DNA of 64,000 nucleotides from Lama glama (taxonomy: Eukaryota): positions 33,234,001-33,298,000 of the forward strand of contig CM052817.1 of assembly GCA_028534125.1 (NCBI GenBank), given 5' to 3'. Below the pieces are notes generated by a model that made no database searches, had not been told where the DNA came from, and saw only the letters and a list, made by a program, of their open reading frames with translations. A program made the position numbers and the translations under genes. Of the stretch, positions 27,026-38,140 are shown one piece after another; within the stretch, counting starts at the first letter, position 1; every line of letters starts with the position of its first letter.

Positions 27026-29879
27026 AGAATTCAACTCAGTTAGAGTCCATTTTTTTTGGACCAGTCTTTCTTGATCACAGGCAAATTAGCAAAAAAGGAC
27101 TTCAGACTTTACAAGAGCCATGGCAGGGGTTGAATATTTATACAAATAAATAATAAATGTCCAGGAAGAAAGGAAAAGCGTAAGGGAGCTTTCTGGGTAT
27201 GAGTGTTGTGGACGATGTGGTTTCTTTAAAGAATTACTTGGAGATTAATCTGATGGACACTCAATGATTCTCTCAAAAAGTAATGCAGGGAACTGCGTCA
27301 TCTCTTCCGTGCCCAGGAGAGCTAAAAGAGCAGCTCTCCACTAGGTAGGGCCAGGAGGAAGCTGGGTTCAAGGCTGGAAAGTCACATGAAGGATGTATGT
27401 CAGGCACAGTGAGTGGAGATGTTGAGCCAGGCTGAAATGACCAACAAAACTTGTCACCCACCCACCGTTCTATAGAGTCACACCCCCCTGGATCCTCTCT
27501 CCAGCAGTAAACCCCTCCCTGCCATGTGGACAGCTAGCTGAGCCTGTGCTGCACTGAACACACTACAGAAAAGAGCCCCCGAGGGAAGAGAAGGTCAGGA
27601 GAAGTTCCAGGGTAGGTCTTTGGAGAAGAAACTTCCAGGACGTTGGGTTTCAAGTTAATCAAGAAAATAACCCCAGAGAGCCTTCAGTCAGGTGTGCCAG
27701 TGACATCACATTTTCATTTAGGGCTGTTTTCAAAACTGAACAACGAGCTCTCTATCCGAGGTCGTAAACACTGAAGATGGGTCAGCTTTATCATCTCCCA
27801 TTTTTACTATCTGCCACGAGAGAGAAATTACAGGGCAAAGCGACTTGTCCCAAGAAACTATTCAACATGCATGTGTTTTCAAATTCTCTTCCTTCACCTC
27901 TAAAAGGTCATTTCCCAGAGGCAGAAATCATGACTTGTAGAGACTTTTCTCTCATTCTGGGCCTGGCCTCTTGTGGATCCTTGATAAATATTATATATGC
28001 AGATGATGATATTGCAAAATGAAGATGGCACCTTGAGGTTAACATAACTCCCACTCCGGATTAAGGAAGGAAAAGCTTTGCCTCCACACACCCTCCCACT
28101 GCTGGCCTGGGTCAAGAGACACGCATCGAATTGGCCCTGGGCAGCGCCCCACCATGACCGCTGGCAGTGTCCCTTGGCTAGGAAGGCTGCCGCCGGACCC
28201 AGCAAGCCCGTCGCTCTCGTGGGAGTTCTTTACAGGAGGCTCGTGTGACGGGAGTCTGCAGGCATCTAAGAGGGCAGAGGTCAACAGAATTAGCCAGAAG
28301 ATTCCGAACAGTAGCTCACATGTGCAGACTGACTCCCACAGAAGACCTCTCTGGTCTGAAGTCAGAAATAGTTTTCCAAGTCATCACTGGTCTGGTCAGT
28401 CACGCACACCCCCCATTGGTCCTAAATGTTTTAGTTAAGGATTTACATTCAACTCAGGGTCTGAAGTTGTAAAATAACAATGTTTAAAATGAGTTCTGCA
28501 GAAAATAGGCAGCACCCCTGACGCAGGGCCGCTGTTACTATTAGCAGTGATCCTACGGACAGGCCGTGAGCAGAGCCCTCGAAAACATTTCTGGAGCACA
28601 CGGCCTTTCCTACCAGAACAACCGAAACATTCTAAATGTGATTCATTTCTGCAAGAGCCTTGTATTCAAGGAGCCACCTGCAGTAAGTCCCCATCATGCA
28701 GGTGGAGAAACTTACATGTGGAGCTTCCCGGGAAGCCAGGGACTGTCAGCTCTCCAAGACCCCGGGGAGGGTGTGTGTGCATCCTCATCAGTCTCACGGT
28801 GGCTTTCAACCGGAGCTGCACTTAAGTTCTCCATACTAGTTCTCAGCCGGCCTAGTTTCTATTCATCAAAGTGGCACTAGCAGAAGAATGTTTTTTAACT
28901 CATTGTGTTTTAAACACTGAAACCAAGAATGCAAACTTTAGAAACAAAGCTACCTTCGAGGGCAAACATATGACAACCCTCCCATCCAAGCAGCCACCAA
29001 CCTGGAGGCCTCACATAGACGCGGAAGGAAAAACACTTGTCCCCTGGGGAGCTCTGAGTTTTCCCAGTTTTAGGGACTCCAGAGGTAGTAACTACTTTGT
29101 CTTCACATCTCTTCCAAGGGGAGGAAGAGGTCGTCTACTGGCCCAGTCACAGGCCCAAGAGAACCCTGGAGTCGGGCTCTGGATTAGCTCCAAATTCTTA
29201 ATCCTGGCCAAAAGGAAAAAAAAAAAAAAGGCATACCCTGGGAACGGGGAGGGGGAAAGGAAGTGTATATTAAGCATTTGATGACTAACAAATACAATGT
29301 ATTTTTGGAAATGTTGGTTTCAACCTACTTAGGAAGCTGAAGTGTGGAGGGAGCCAAGAACGAGTGTGGAGGCCCAACACCTTCCGGGAGAGTTTCCCCT
29401 CCACCCAGGGCTGCCCACAGCGCCTGTGAAGGCCGCGGAGGCCGCAGCTCAGAGAGGTGATGAAAGTTTGGGGTTCTTTCCTGACTGCTGTTTTGCAGAC
29501 GTGCATCTCATTATCAGCTGAGCGTTCATCAGGCCTTCCCCCCAGGCTTCCTTGAGGTGTCCGGGTCACTCAGCCGGCGTGGGCAGGTGAATGAAATTCC
29601 CACTCCAGGCAGCAGAGGCCCTCCTGTATCACCCCTCTCCTGGGGGCTCCAGAGACGCCCCGCTGCCTCTTCCCAGTCCTTCCCTGGCACCACTGCTGTC
29701 CTGGCCTTGCTCTCAGATCCATGTGCCACCTTATCCCATTTTTTAGGGATAGCCTTGACCCCAAATCAGTTCTTGATGAGGGGATGGGGAGGGGCTGCTG
29801 TGTTTTCACTGTCTCTCCACAGGCTGCTTCTGTTTCTTTCCTTGTCTCTCTCCTCTCTGCTCCTCCCCTGCAAACCTCC

Positions 29880-30524
29880 AGTGGTGGGCAGAAGGATGAC
29901 CACCCCCCTGCAAGATGTCCACCTCCTAATCCTCAGAACCTGTGAATGTGCTACCTCGCATGGCAAAAGGGATTCGCAGATATGACTAAGAATCTTGAGA
30001 TCCTGAGGAAAGGATGCTGAATTATCCAGGTGGATTCACTGAGTGGATCCCAATGTAATCATAAGTGTCCTTATATAAGAAAGGCAGGAGGATTAGAGCC
30101 ACAGAAAGAGATGTGAGGATGAAAGGAGAGGAAAGAGAAAGAGGGAAAGAAGGAAAAGGAGAGAGAGATTCTACACTGCTGGCTTTAACAATGGAGAAAG
30201 AAGGGGGATGGGTAGAGCTCAGTGGCAGAGCACACACTTAGTGTGCATGATGTCCCGGGTTCAATCCCCAGTCCCTCCATTAAAAAGTAAAAATAAAAAA
30301 ATGAAGATGGAGAAAGAGGCCACCAGCCAAGGAAGGCGGGTAGCCTCTGGAAGCTGAAAGGGATTCTCCCCTAGAGCCAAAAGGAAATAGCCTCCCAAGC
30401 CCTTGATGTCAGTGAGACCCACGTTGGACTTCTGATCCTCGGAACTGTAAGATAACAAACTTGAGTTGTTTTAAGCCACTAAGTTTGTGATCACTGGTTA
30501 CAGCAGCAGTAAGAAATGAATACA
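29880..30524 (+). mobile_element. MaLR solo LTR (MLT1D-like) interrupted by a SINE
   Basis: gtggtgggcagaa...caagatgtccacctcctaatcctcagaacctgtgaatgtgctacct...cccaatgtaatcataag...agcctctggaagctg...ttttaagccactaagtttgtg...gaataca. Confidence 0.85.
30203..30301 (+). mobile_element. Camelid vic-1-type tRNA-Ala-derived SINE (short copy)
   Basis: gggggatgggtagagctcagtggcagagcacacacttagtgtgcatgatgtcccgggttcaatccccagt plus A-rich tail. TSD atggagaaaga at 30191-30201 and 30307-30317. Confidence 0.85.
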
Positions 30525-31624
30525 GCACCCAAACACAGATGCATAGGTGGCAAAAGACGGGCACATGGGGAGGGAGGTCTATTAGGGCCTTTTCTCCTCC
30601 CCATGCTCCTCAGCTCCCTACCCCATTGTGACCCCAGTGTTGGCCCTGGCCCTGCACCAGCACCTGTCAGCATCCACCTCACCTCTGACCCCAGACCAAC
30701 TCCCCTGCAGACAACGCCTCTCCTCCCTGGGCAAAACTTGCAGCAGAGGTCACAAATAGACTCCCTTGCCCCTTCTCCTCTGCCTGCACTTCCTTCTGGG
30801 CCATCAGAGAAGAGTTGCATCCTAGTTTAAATAAACACCAACAACAGCAGAGGCTCAGAGGCAGCCCACCAACCTGAGTTAGATGCATCTGGCTCAACAT
30901 CTAGGGGAGAAAAGTGAGTTCACCGAAGTACTCAGTATGGAAACCATGTGCATAGCATTACACCCAGGCCACTGCTTTGGACACAAACGTCCACGTTAGA
31001 GAATCCGCATGTCTCCAAAGACAAAGACTCAGCTTCATGACTGGAAGAATGTGACCTTTAGATAAAAACACCTGCACCTGCCTCTTGCCCTTGTCAGAAC
31101 AGGAACCAAGATAAACACAGCTTCCAAGTTTCCTCTTACAAAATAACTGTGGCATTATTGTTCGCGCTTTATTAAGCGTCTTAAGTGCTCTAAGAGAGAA
31201 CCTCACGTGCGTGAGACCCCGGGCAGCCCCTGAGGCTGTCCACATGAAGAATGTCAGGAACAGGACGGTGTGAGTGGACAAAATGAGAGGCAGACAGGTG
31301 GAGCGGTGATGTCAGCCACCAGCAGGGGTGGTCCGACCACTGGCTGAAAAATTTGCAGAACAAATAGGTCGGAAGACAAACGTTTTCTAAATTTCTCCTT
31401 TTGAAAACTTAGTTGAAAATACCTCACATCTCCCCAAAGGACAGGTGGGCTTTGCCAGTTCCCATACAGAGGAACTTCTAATACTCATGGGCCAAACTGG
31501 GAGACATTTTTTTCTCAGGTAAAAAACAAGCCATGTCCACCAGGACACCTTTTGGGGAACCAGGAGCCTCAGAGCAAGCTGCTCATCCGATCTTTCCAGG
31601 ATCTTTCACATTTCAAATGCACAC

Positions 31625-31956
31625 AAATGAAATAAGCTAGTCACAGAGGACAAACATTGAATGATGCTTCTTCTATGAGGTTCCCAGAGCAATCAGATCA
31701 TAGAGACACGAATTAGAACGGTGGTTTGCATCGGCTGGAGACGAGGGAATGGGGAGGTTATTTTGTTTGGGTTTGGTTTGGTTTTTTGTTTGTTTTTTTT
31801 AATGGATATGACATTTTAGTTCTGGAAGATGAAAAAAATTCTGGAGATGGATGGTGGTGATGGATGCGCAATGCGAATCTGTTTAGTGCCAACTGAACTG
31901 TACACTTAAAAATGCTTAAAATGGTAAATTTATATTACGTATATTTTACCAAAAAA
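31625..31956 (+). mobile_element. L1MB-type 3' UTR
   Basis: aaatgaaataagctagtcaca...ttctggagatggatggtggtgatggatg...ctgaactgtacacttaaaaatg...aaatttatattacgtatattttacc. Confidence 0.85.
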
Positions 31957-32059
31957 TTCCTGTACCAAACTCTACCTCCTGCTGTTTTCTCATACTGAAC
32001 TACAGCCATAAACACCTAAAACGTGTCTTATTTTGAATGAATCCTTTCCTTGGTTGCAA

Positions 32060-32160
32060 AGCAGAACGCAGAGAAAGCGCGCAGGCCAGAACAACCCGCC
32101 CTTCCAGCGGCGCCGCGAGGGCGGGGCTTCTCGGGATTGGTCGCCCGGGAGGCCCTCCCT
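32060..32160. promoter_or_regulatory. CpG-rich GC-box/CCAAT cluster at the start of intron 2
   Basis: CCCGCCC 32095-32101, GGGCGGGGC 32119-32127, GATTGGTC (GACCAATC on minus) 32135-32142, and dense CpG. Confidence 0.45.
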
Positions 32161-32162
32161 AC

Positions 32163-32554
32163 CTGGTTTGAAAGTGATGCTCAAGGTCGTAGCGCTGTAG
32201 CACCTCGTCGCAGTGCTCGGTGAACGGGCAGGTCACCAGAAGCTTGTTGAGGAGCTTGTTGACCAGGATGCTGGATTTCTTGCAGTGCTGCAGAACCAGA
32301 GGCTTGCGATCCACGGGGCAGAAGTCCTTCTCCACCAGGAAGTTGGTGAGGCAGAGCGTGCAGTAGGTGTGTCCACAGGGAGTGTCCAGAGGGTCCAGCA
32401 AAGCTTGCAGGCAGATGTGGCAAATGAGGTCATCGTCCACGTCTTCTGTGTAGGTGTAGAAGTGGTTTTCTTCGGGCGAGTGGGCTTGGCCGCACGCCAC
32501 GCACAGGGGTGCGGGGCTGGGATCTGGGTCATCGGCAGGATCTGCCTGGCTCAT
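32163..32554 (-). CDS. LNX1: LNX1 p80 first coding exon (Zn-RING-Zn region), 130 codons + 2 nt
   Basis: Translates [115 protein letters not shown]...HHFQT, the recognisable LNX1 N-terminus with its RING. ATG context is ACCATGA with an in-frame upstream stop at 32627-32629. Donor CAG|GTAGGG at 32163/32162, phase 2. Confidence 0.97.
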
Positions 32555-32655
32555 GGTCGGCTGGGTGGGGGCGAGGCAGTATGACCGGAAGCCAACCCAC
32601 GAAAACACAGCTTCCTCGGGAGCAAATCAAGGTCTTCCTGGAGCCATCCACTAAC
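32555..32655 (-). other. LNX1: 5' UTR part of the LNX1 RING exon, with 3' splice acceptor
   Basis: Minus strand shows the pyrimidine tract and acceptor TCTTATTCTCTTTCAG|GTTAGT at 32656/32655, 101 nt before the ATG. Confidence 0.8.
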
Positions 32656-33184
32656 CTGAAAGAGAATAAGACATCTCATCTTGGGTTGCACAGCACGCTG
32701 AATACGCGGTTTGTTATGAACGTGAGGCAGGGCAGCCGGTGGCCAGAAGTGAGTGGTGACTCAGAAGCCAGGGCTGAGTGCCCACTCGGGTGACTGACAT
32801 GGCCCGGGGCCAGCGTCTTTGCCTCCTTCTGCCTCAGTTTAACCACCTATCCCAGCGGCAACCACGTTTACCTTTAACAACCTCATGTTGATGTGGTGAA
32901 AATCCTTTGGGTAACATCTGGGAAATGCCCAGAAATACACTCTAAGAAATGTAATTTGTTAATTAAAAAGACCAGTGATTTATAAAGTTCTCTGTCAGAG
33001 AAGGACAAGAAGAAAAGCAGTTAACACTCTGATGGCTGTCTCTTAGCTTCCCCACCCTTCTCCAAAACTCAGAACATATAGGACCTTGGAGTCTTCAACT
33101 AAATCATCTGAGAAGTTGAGGCTGCTGTATGTTTCTGATGATAAAGGCAGTGTTTTCTTCTACATGCATTTCATTTACTCAGTC

Positions 33185-33400
33185 ACTTAGTGGTAAAGTG
33201 GGTTCTGGAGCCACACCACCTGGGCCAGTCCCGCCACCACTGCAGGCCAATGATTTAAGCCTCTGTTTCCACATCTGTACAATGTGGATAATAATAGCCT
33301 ACTTCATAGGATTATTGTGAGGATTAAAAGAGATATGAGACATAAAGCTCTTAGAATTGTCCCTGGAATATAGTAAGTGCACACTGAATATTAACTATCC
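33185..33400 (+). mobile_element. MIR SINE
   Basis: aagcctctgtttccacatctgtacaatgtggataataatagcctacttcataggattattgtgaggattaaa. Confidence 0.85.
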
Positions 33401-33486
33401 TTACATAATGTATATTTGTTACTGAATTCATTCTGTCTCCAGTCTAGCTCTGTTGGCTTAGAAACTAAAAGCTGAAATTTCTATAA

Positions 33487-33488
<2 letters not shown>

Positions 33489-33528
<40 letters not shown>
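33489..33528 (+). repeat. (GT)20 microsatellite
   Basis: Perfect dinucleotide run. Confidence 0.98.
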
Positions 33529-33532
<4 letters not shown>

Positions 33533-36504
33533 CTTTGTTCTAATCATCTCTTTTATTCAAAAAAATATATATATATATATTTCAAACTAGGAGTGTACTA
33601 TCCCAGCATGTAACTCCCTTTGGTATATAAGTTTAAGATGGAGTGTTTAACATGCCTGATTAACATCCAGAAAGTCTCCTGGATGATCAGTCAAAGATTT
33701 TTTTTTTTTGGCCTTCAATCATCTTTATTAATGAGCTGCAGAAGAATGAGATTTGTAACAATGAGAATCATAAACATCTCTGTTTTCAGTAAACATTTTT
33801 TGAGCACCAACTTGAGCTAGGTAGTGAGTTGGCTGTGGAAGAGACCTTCAAGAGAGCTTTAAAGGATATGCCTGCCCTCATGGAGTCCCAAGTCCAGGGA
33901 AGGTGGACGTGAACACTATAATCAGAAGTCCAGATAAGCAGTGCAAAGGCAGGTAAGTGCTAGGAGACTCTGGGTCGACTCTCAGGACAATTAAGAATCC
34001 CACAGCTACCCCCATCCCTATCCCCCAACTCAACTTTCTAATTTTCTGAAAGTAAATAAAACGACTTTCAGCTTTCCACGGGGACATAAAGACACATGAA
34101 TAACCTAACAGGAAACTAGCCACGTTTGGGAATAGCACAGCAGTCATAAACTGTGTTAGTTTTCTCTTTTCCAAATAAAGTCCGAGGTTGTTTGTACAAA
34201 CAGAGACTTATCTCAAAAAGAAAATCCATCGACTTCAAACTTTCACTGAGTCAGCTGCCTGTTTACATTTCTGGGCCGCACTAATACGCGTGGAAGAACA
34301 GTCTGGTCAAGAGGTGGAAGTAAAAGGCCCTGAACGTGAAAGCATGTAGGAATCACAGCATTTTATTTAGCATCCAAAGAGCCCATGGGAGGCTAAGGCA
34401 GAGGGTGCAGGAGAGGGTGAAGTTGTTTCTAGCTCAGTTTCATGGAAACCTACACAGCTGCTGTGTGTCCTTTAGGCTGATAGAAGGTCCTGGAACCTCA
34501 CAGGAAGTGCTTTAAGGGGCATGAAAAACAGTGGAAAAATAAACACGAGAATGGAAATGGGCCACCCAAAAGATTATCATCTACTCTAGGAAAGGAAGTT
34601 CACGTATTTTGAACTAAAACACTAGATCTTTTAAATTGTAAGAGTTTTGTGGAATACTTCCCTGGGTTTGGGTTCTGTCTGTTCTTTCTCGCTGTGCTGG
34701 GCCCGAGAGTGACAGGAGTGCTCTGGTCGAACCACTGAAAAAAACGTCACAATTCTGGGCCATTCCTTTATCGGTGAAATGGCCAGATTTTTGGTTTGCA
34801 CACTGTGCTCTGGAAGGTGTGTCAGAGGCCTCAGGGTCTTCCAGAAAAGGAAAGGAGGGACGGTGGGCCGTCTCCACTTCTCCATCCCGCCCAGTCCCAG
34901 CTCCACTTTTATCTCACACATCAGCTTCCTCATAATATTTTCTTCAAAGAACCCTGGCTTAAGGAAAATAAAAGCAAACAACCAGACTAGATACTATGAA
35001 ATCCCTTTCAGAAACGGAGTCCTATGGTTCTGCGCTAATAAAGTAGAGGTGTTTTATTTTGAGGTGGTTGGATTTTGGGAAAATCTCTTTTTTTTTCTTT
35101 CTGACACACTTTTGAGCATTTACCATGTGCAGGCACTATGCTGGGGCCTTAGATATATTGTTATTTAATCTTTACAAATCCCCAGGGGTTTTGTTTTGGT
35201 TTTTTTTCATTTAACAAATGAGGAAACAGGTGAAGCAGGTAAGAAACTTGCCAGTCACACCAAAAAACAAAAAACAAAAAACCCAGAGTAACTGCTGACT
35301 CCAGTTACTGCTCTTACACATTTTGCTGCTTTTCTCCTGGCATCTTTCTTGACTCCCAAAATGTGACTAACTAAATATGGGAGCCCCAGGAAATTAGAAG
35401 GTTAAAAATCTCTTTCAGCCTCCTTGCAAGGGGGACCCCCTTTCCCAAGGTCTCTGAATGAAAGGGCTCTGACTTTACTGAGTGTAAGATGCCTGAGGCA
35501 GGGTGAGTGGACCGGGACAAGCAAAAATGGCCGGTTTTAGTTCCAACACCAATTCGTTTTTCTTTTCTTCCTTTTTTTCTCTGAGAGCAATTTGAATTCT
35601 CGGGCACTTACTCATGTGAGTAAACCAGATTCTTCACATAATATTAATGTAAACATCACTGTATATATTTTCCAACTTTGCTTTAGACTAAATAAAGCCT
35701 ATATGAATAGACACAGATGAGAGAGTTGGCTGAAAAAGCAATTTGGGGCTCCAAAGGAAAAAACTAGGTAGACTTTTAAAAATATGATTAATATCATTTA
35801 CCTGATGTTTCTTAGTTCCAGTTTACATCTTATTAGCATGTACGATGGATCATGTTTTTAGACATATATTTATCTTGCTGAGGGACTGAGAAGAAATTAT
35901 CAAAAATCATTAAGGCTTCAAAAGTAAACAATTTTCTCCCCTAAAAGTGAGCGCGAGGGCCTGTCAGCTTTGAGTACATCCTCGGTGCTCAGTGTGTGGG
36001 CACGCTGGCCCTGGCTGAGAGGAGGAGGGAGCCGCAGTGGGGCTTCTTTGCAGTTTGGAGTAAGAAAGAGCAGGAAGTGGGTTCTCTCCTCGGGTGTGTG
36101 TAGGGTGGTGGGGGTGGAGAACTTACACCTCCTTGGTAGGCCCTGTTATGGCTCAGGAACCAACCTTCCTCCTTCCTCTCTGATTTGGGGTGGAATAGAG
36201 GCCTGAGGTGACTTTCAGAGAGAAGTGTCGTCCACCAATGTCGTGCTGGAAAGTACCACGAAAAGTAAAAATCTCCCTCAATCCCCACTTCCGTTCCCAT
36301 TCGTTTATCTTGCTGGAAATTGCTACAGAAGTTCTTCTCCCTAACTTGCAAATTCTAGACTTTCCTGATAACAAAGGTGCATTTCAGAGCAAAAGTGAGT
36401 CAGCAGTGTCTGCAACCGAGAGGGTCGTCAGAGGGCGTATGTACACTGACTCCTGCACTGGAAAAATCCAGTAGACTGAAGACTTAAAAGCCTTAAGCAC
36501 AGCC

Positions 36505-37240
36505 TTTGGGAGGGAGATAAAGAGGCACAAACTTCCAGCTCCAAAATGAATGACTCAGAGAGACCCACTTCAGAGCTAGAGACACATGCAGGCTGAAAGT
36601 AAGGGGATGGACAAAGAAAGATGGACTAGCAATTCTTATCTCAGACACAATAGATTTTAAGAAAACAAAATGACTCAGGGGATGAAATGGACAGTGTGGG
36701 ATGTATAGTCAGTAATGATGTAGTATCTTCGTATGGTGACATTTTGTAACTAGATTTACCATGGTGATCATTTTGTAATGCACAGAAATATCAAATCACT
36801 ATGTAATGCACCAGGAGCTAACATAGTGTTTGTTGTAGGTCAATTATACTTCAATAAATGAGCAAACTCATAGAAAAAATAGATCAGAAATGTAGTTACC
36901 AGAGTGGGGGGAGGGGAACTGGATGAAAGTGGTGAAAAGATAGAAATGTCTGGTTATAACATACGTATGTATTAGGGAAGAAACGTACAGCATGATTAAT
37001 ATAATCAACACTGCTGTATGTTACATGTGAAAATTAAGAGAGTAAATCCTAAGAGTTCTCATCACAAGGGAAGAATACATTTTTCTTCTATTTTGTGGCT
37101 TTATGAGATGATGAATGTTCACTGAACAAATTGTGGTGATCATTTCATGATGTATGTACATCAAATCATTATGCTGTACGCTTCAAACTTATACAGTGCT
37201 GTATGTTGATAACATCTCAATAAAATTGGGTGGAAAAAAA
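36505..37240 (+). mobile_element. L1 3' UTR (L1MA9-like, laurasiatherian) carrying an inserted L1 ORF2 fragment
   Basis: gaggcacaaacttccag...gtcaattatacttcaataaa...agagtaaatcctaagagttctcatcacaag...catctcaataaaattgg. Interrupted at 36559-36668. Confidence 0.85.
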
Positions 37241-37659
37241 TCACACACAAAAAGAACAGCCTTTGGGATACAGCCTGTTTGGAAGCAGAAAAAATTTTGC
37301 ATGAGATAATCTACAAGAACAATGGGGTCTCTGGTGGCCATTGTCCCACTAATTTTCCTTTAAATGCACACTGGCTTTACAAAAAGTGGTTATCTGATGT
37401 AGTCAGAATAAACCATATACAGCACTGGAAAAGTGATGGATAAACATGTCACCTGGCATGCTGCGCAGACAATTTCACATTTTCCTCCTACTGAAGGGAC
37501 TTGACTCCAGAGCATCTCTTGAATAGGTGCATGAGTCATAGCTTTCCAACAATAGTAATGGGATCTCATGATATTCAAAAGAATCTGTCCTTGTAGTCAA
37601 ATGGCAATGTGTCCTGCATTGGTACTTTAACCTTGACAAACATGAAACATGATAGCCAT

Positions 37660-38140
37660 AGGCTCTTTAGGTTGAAAGGGAGCCTTGAGAAATGGTCCTT
37701 AAATGAAACAGGACTTTATTTCCTTATAAAATAGATCATTCTGCCTTTGAATAGCTCTAATCTACTAGTGAGGGAAAGTCCATGTATTGACCCAAAATTC
37801 ACCCCCCTAGACCTCACCCACCACCTCCATGGGTCCTATTTAGAATATGTCTAATTCCTTAAATCCTTCAATTATTTGAGGGCAGACTCCAAGTGCCCCC
37901 TAGGTTCAGCAGCCTGAAGTGTATCCGACCTTCCTTCAGGTTTACAGACTCCAAGAGCCTGACTGCACTCTTCTGCAAGCTCCCCAATTTATCAGCGTCC
38001 TTCCTGCAATCTATGGATAGCATGAACCCCAGGTCTCCAGGATAAAGTGAAGTGGGAGTAACTAACCACTCCCAGAGCCAAAGACTGCATCTGCTCCCCG
38101 GGCAGCAGTGCACACCCGGGCTGGTACTGCAGTCCTGCCA
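37660..38140 (-). mobile_element. CR1/L3 LINE 3' region
   Basis: ttaggttgaaagggagccttgag...attgacccaaaattc...ccttcaattatttgagggcag resembles the reverse L3 3' end. Confidence 0.55.

Noticed and set aside
32181..32584. Overlapping alternate-frame and antisense ORFs on the RING exon
   Set aside because: Shadow ORFs expected in GC3-rich coding DNA; no independent evidence.
32555..32608. N-terminal extension in the ORF track (MFSWVGF...)
   Set aside because: It starts at GTG. The homologous start is the ATG at 32554.
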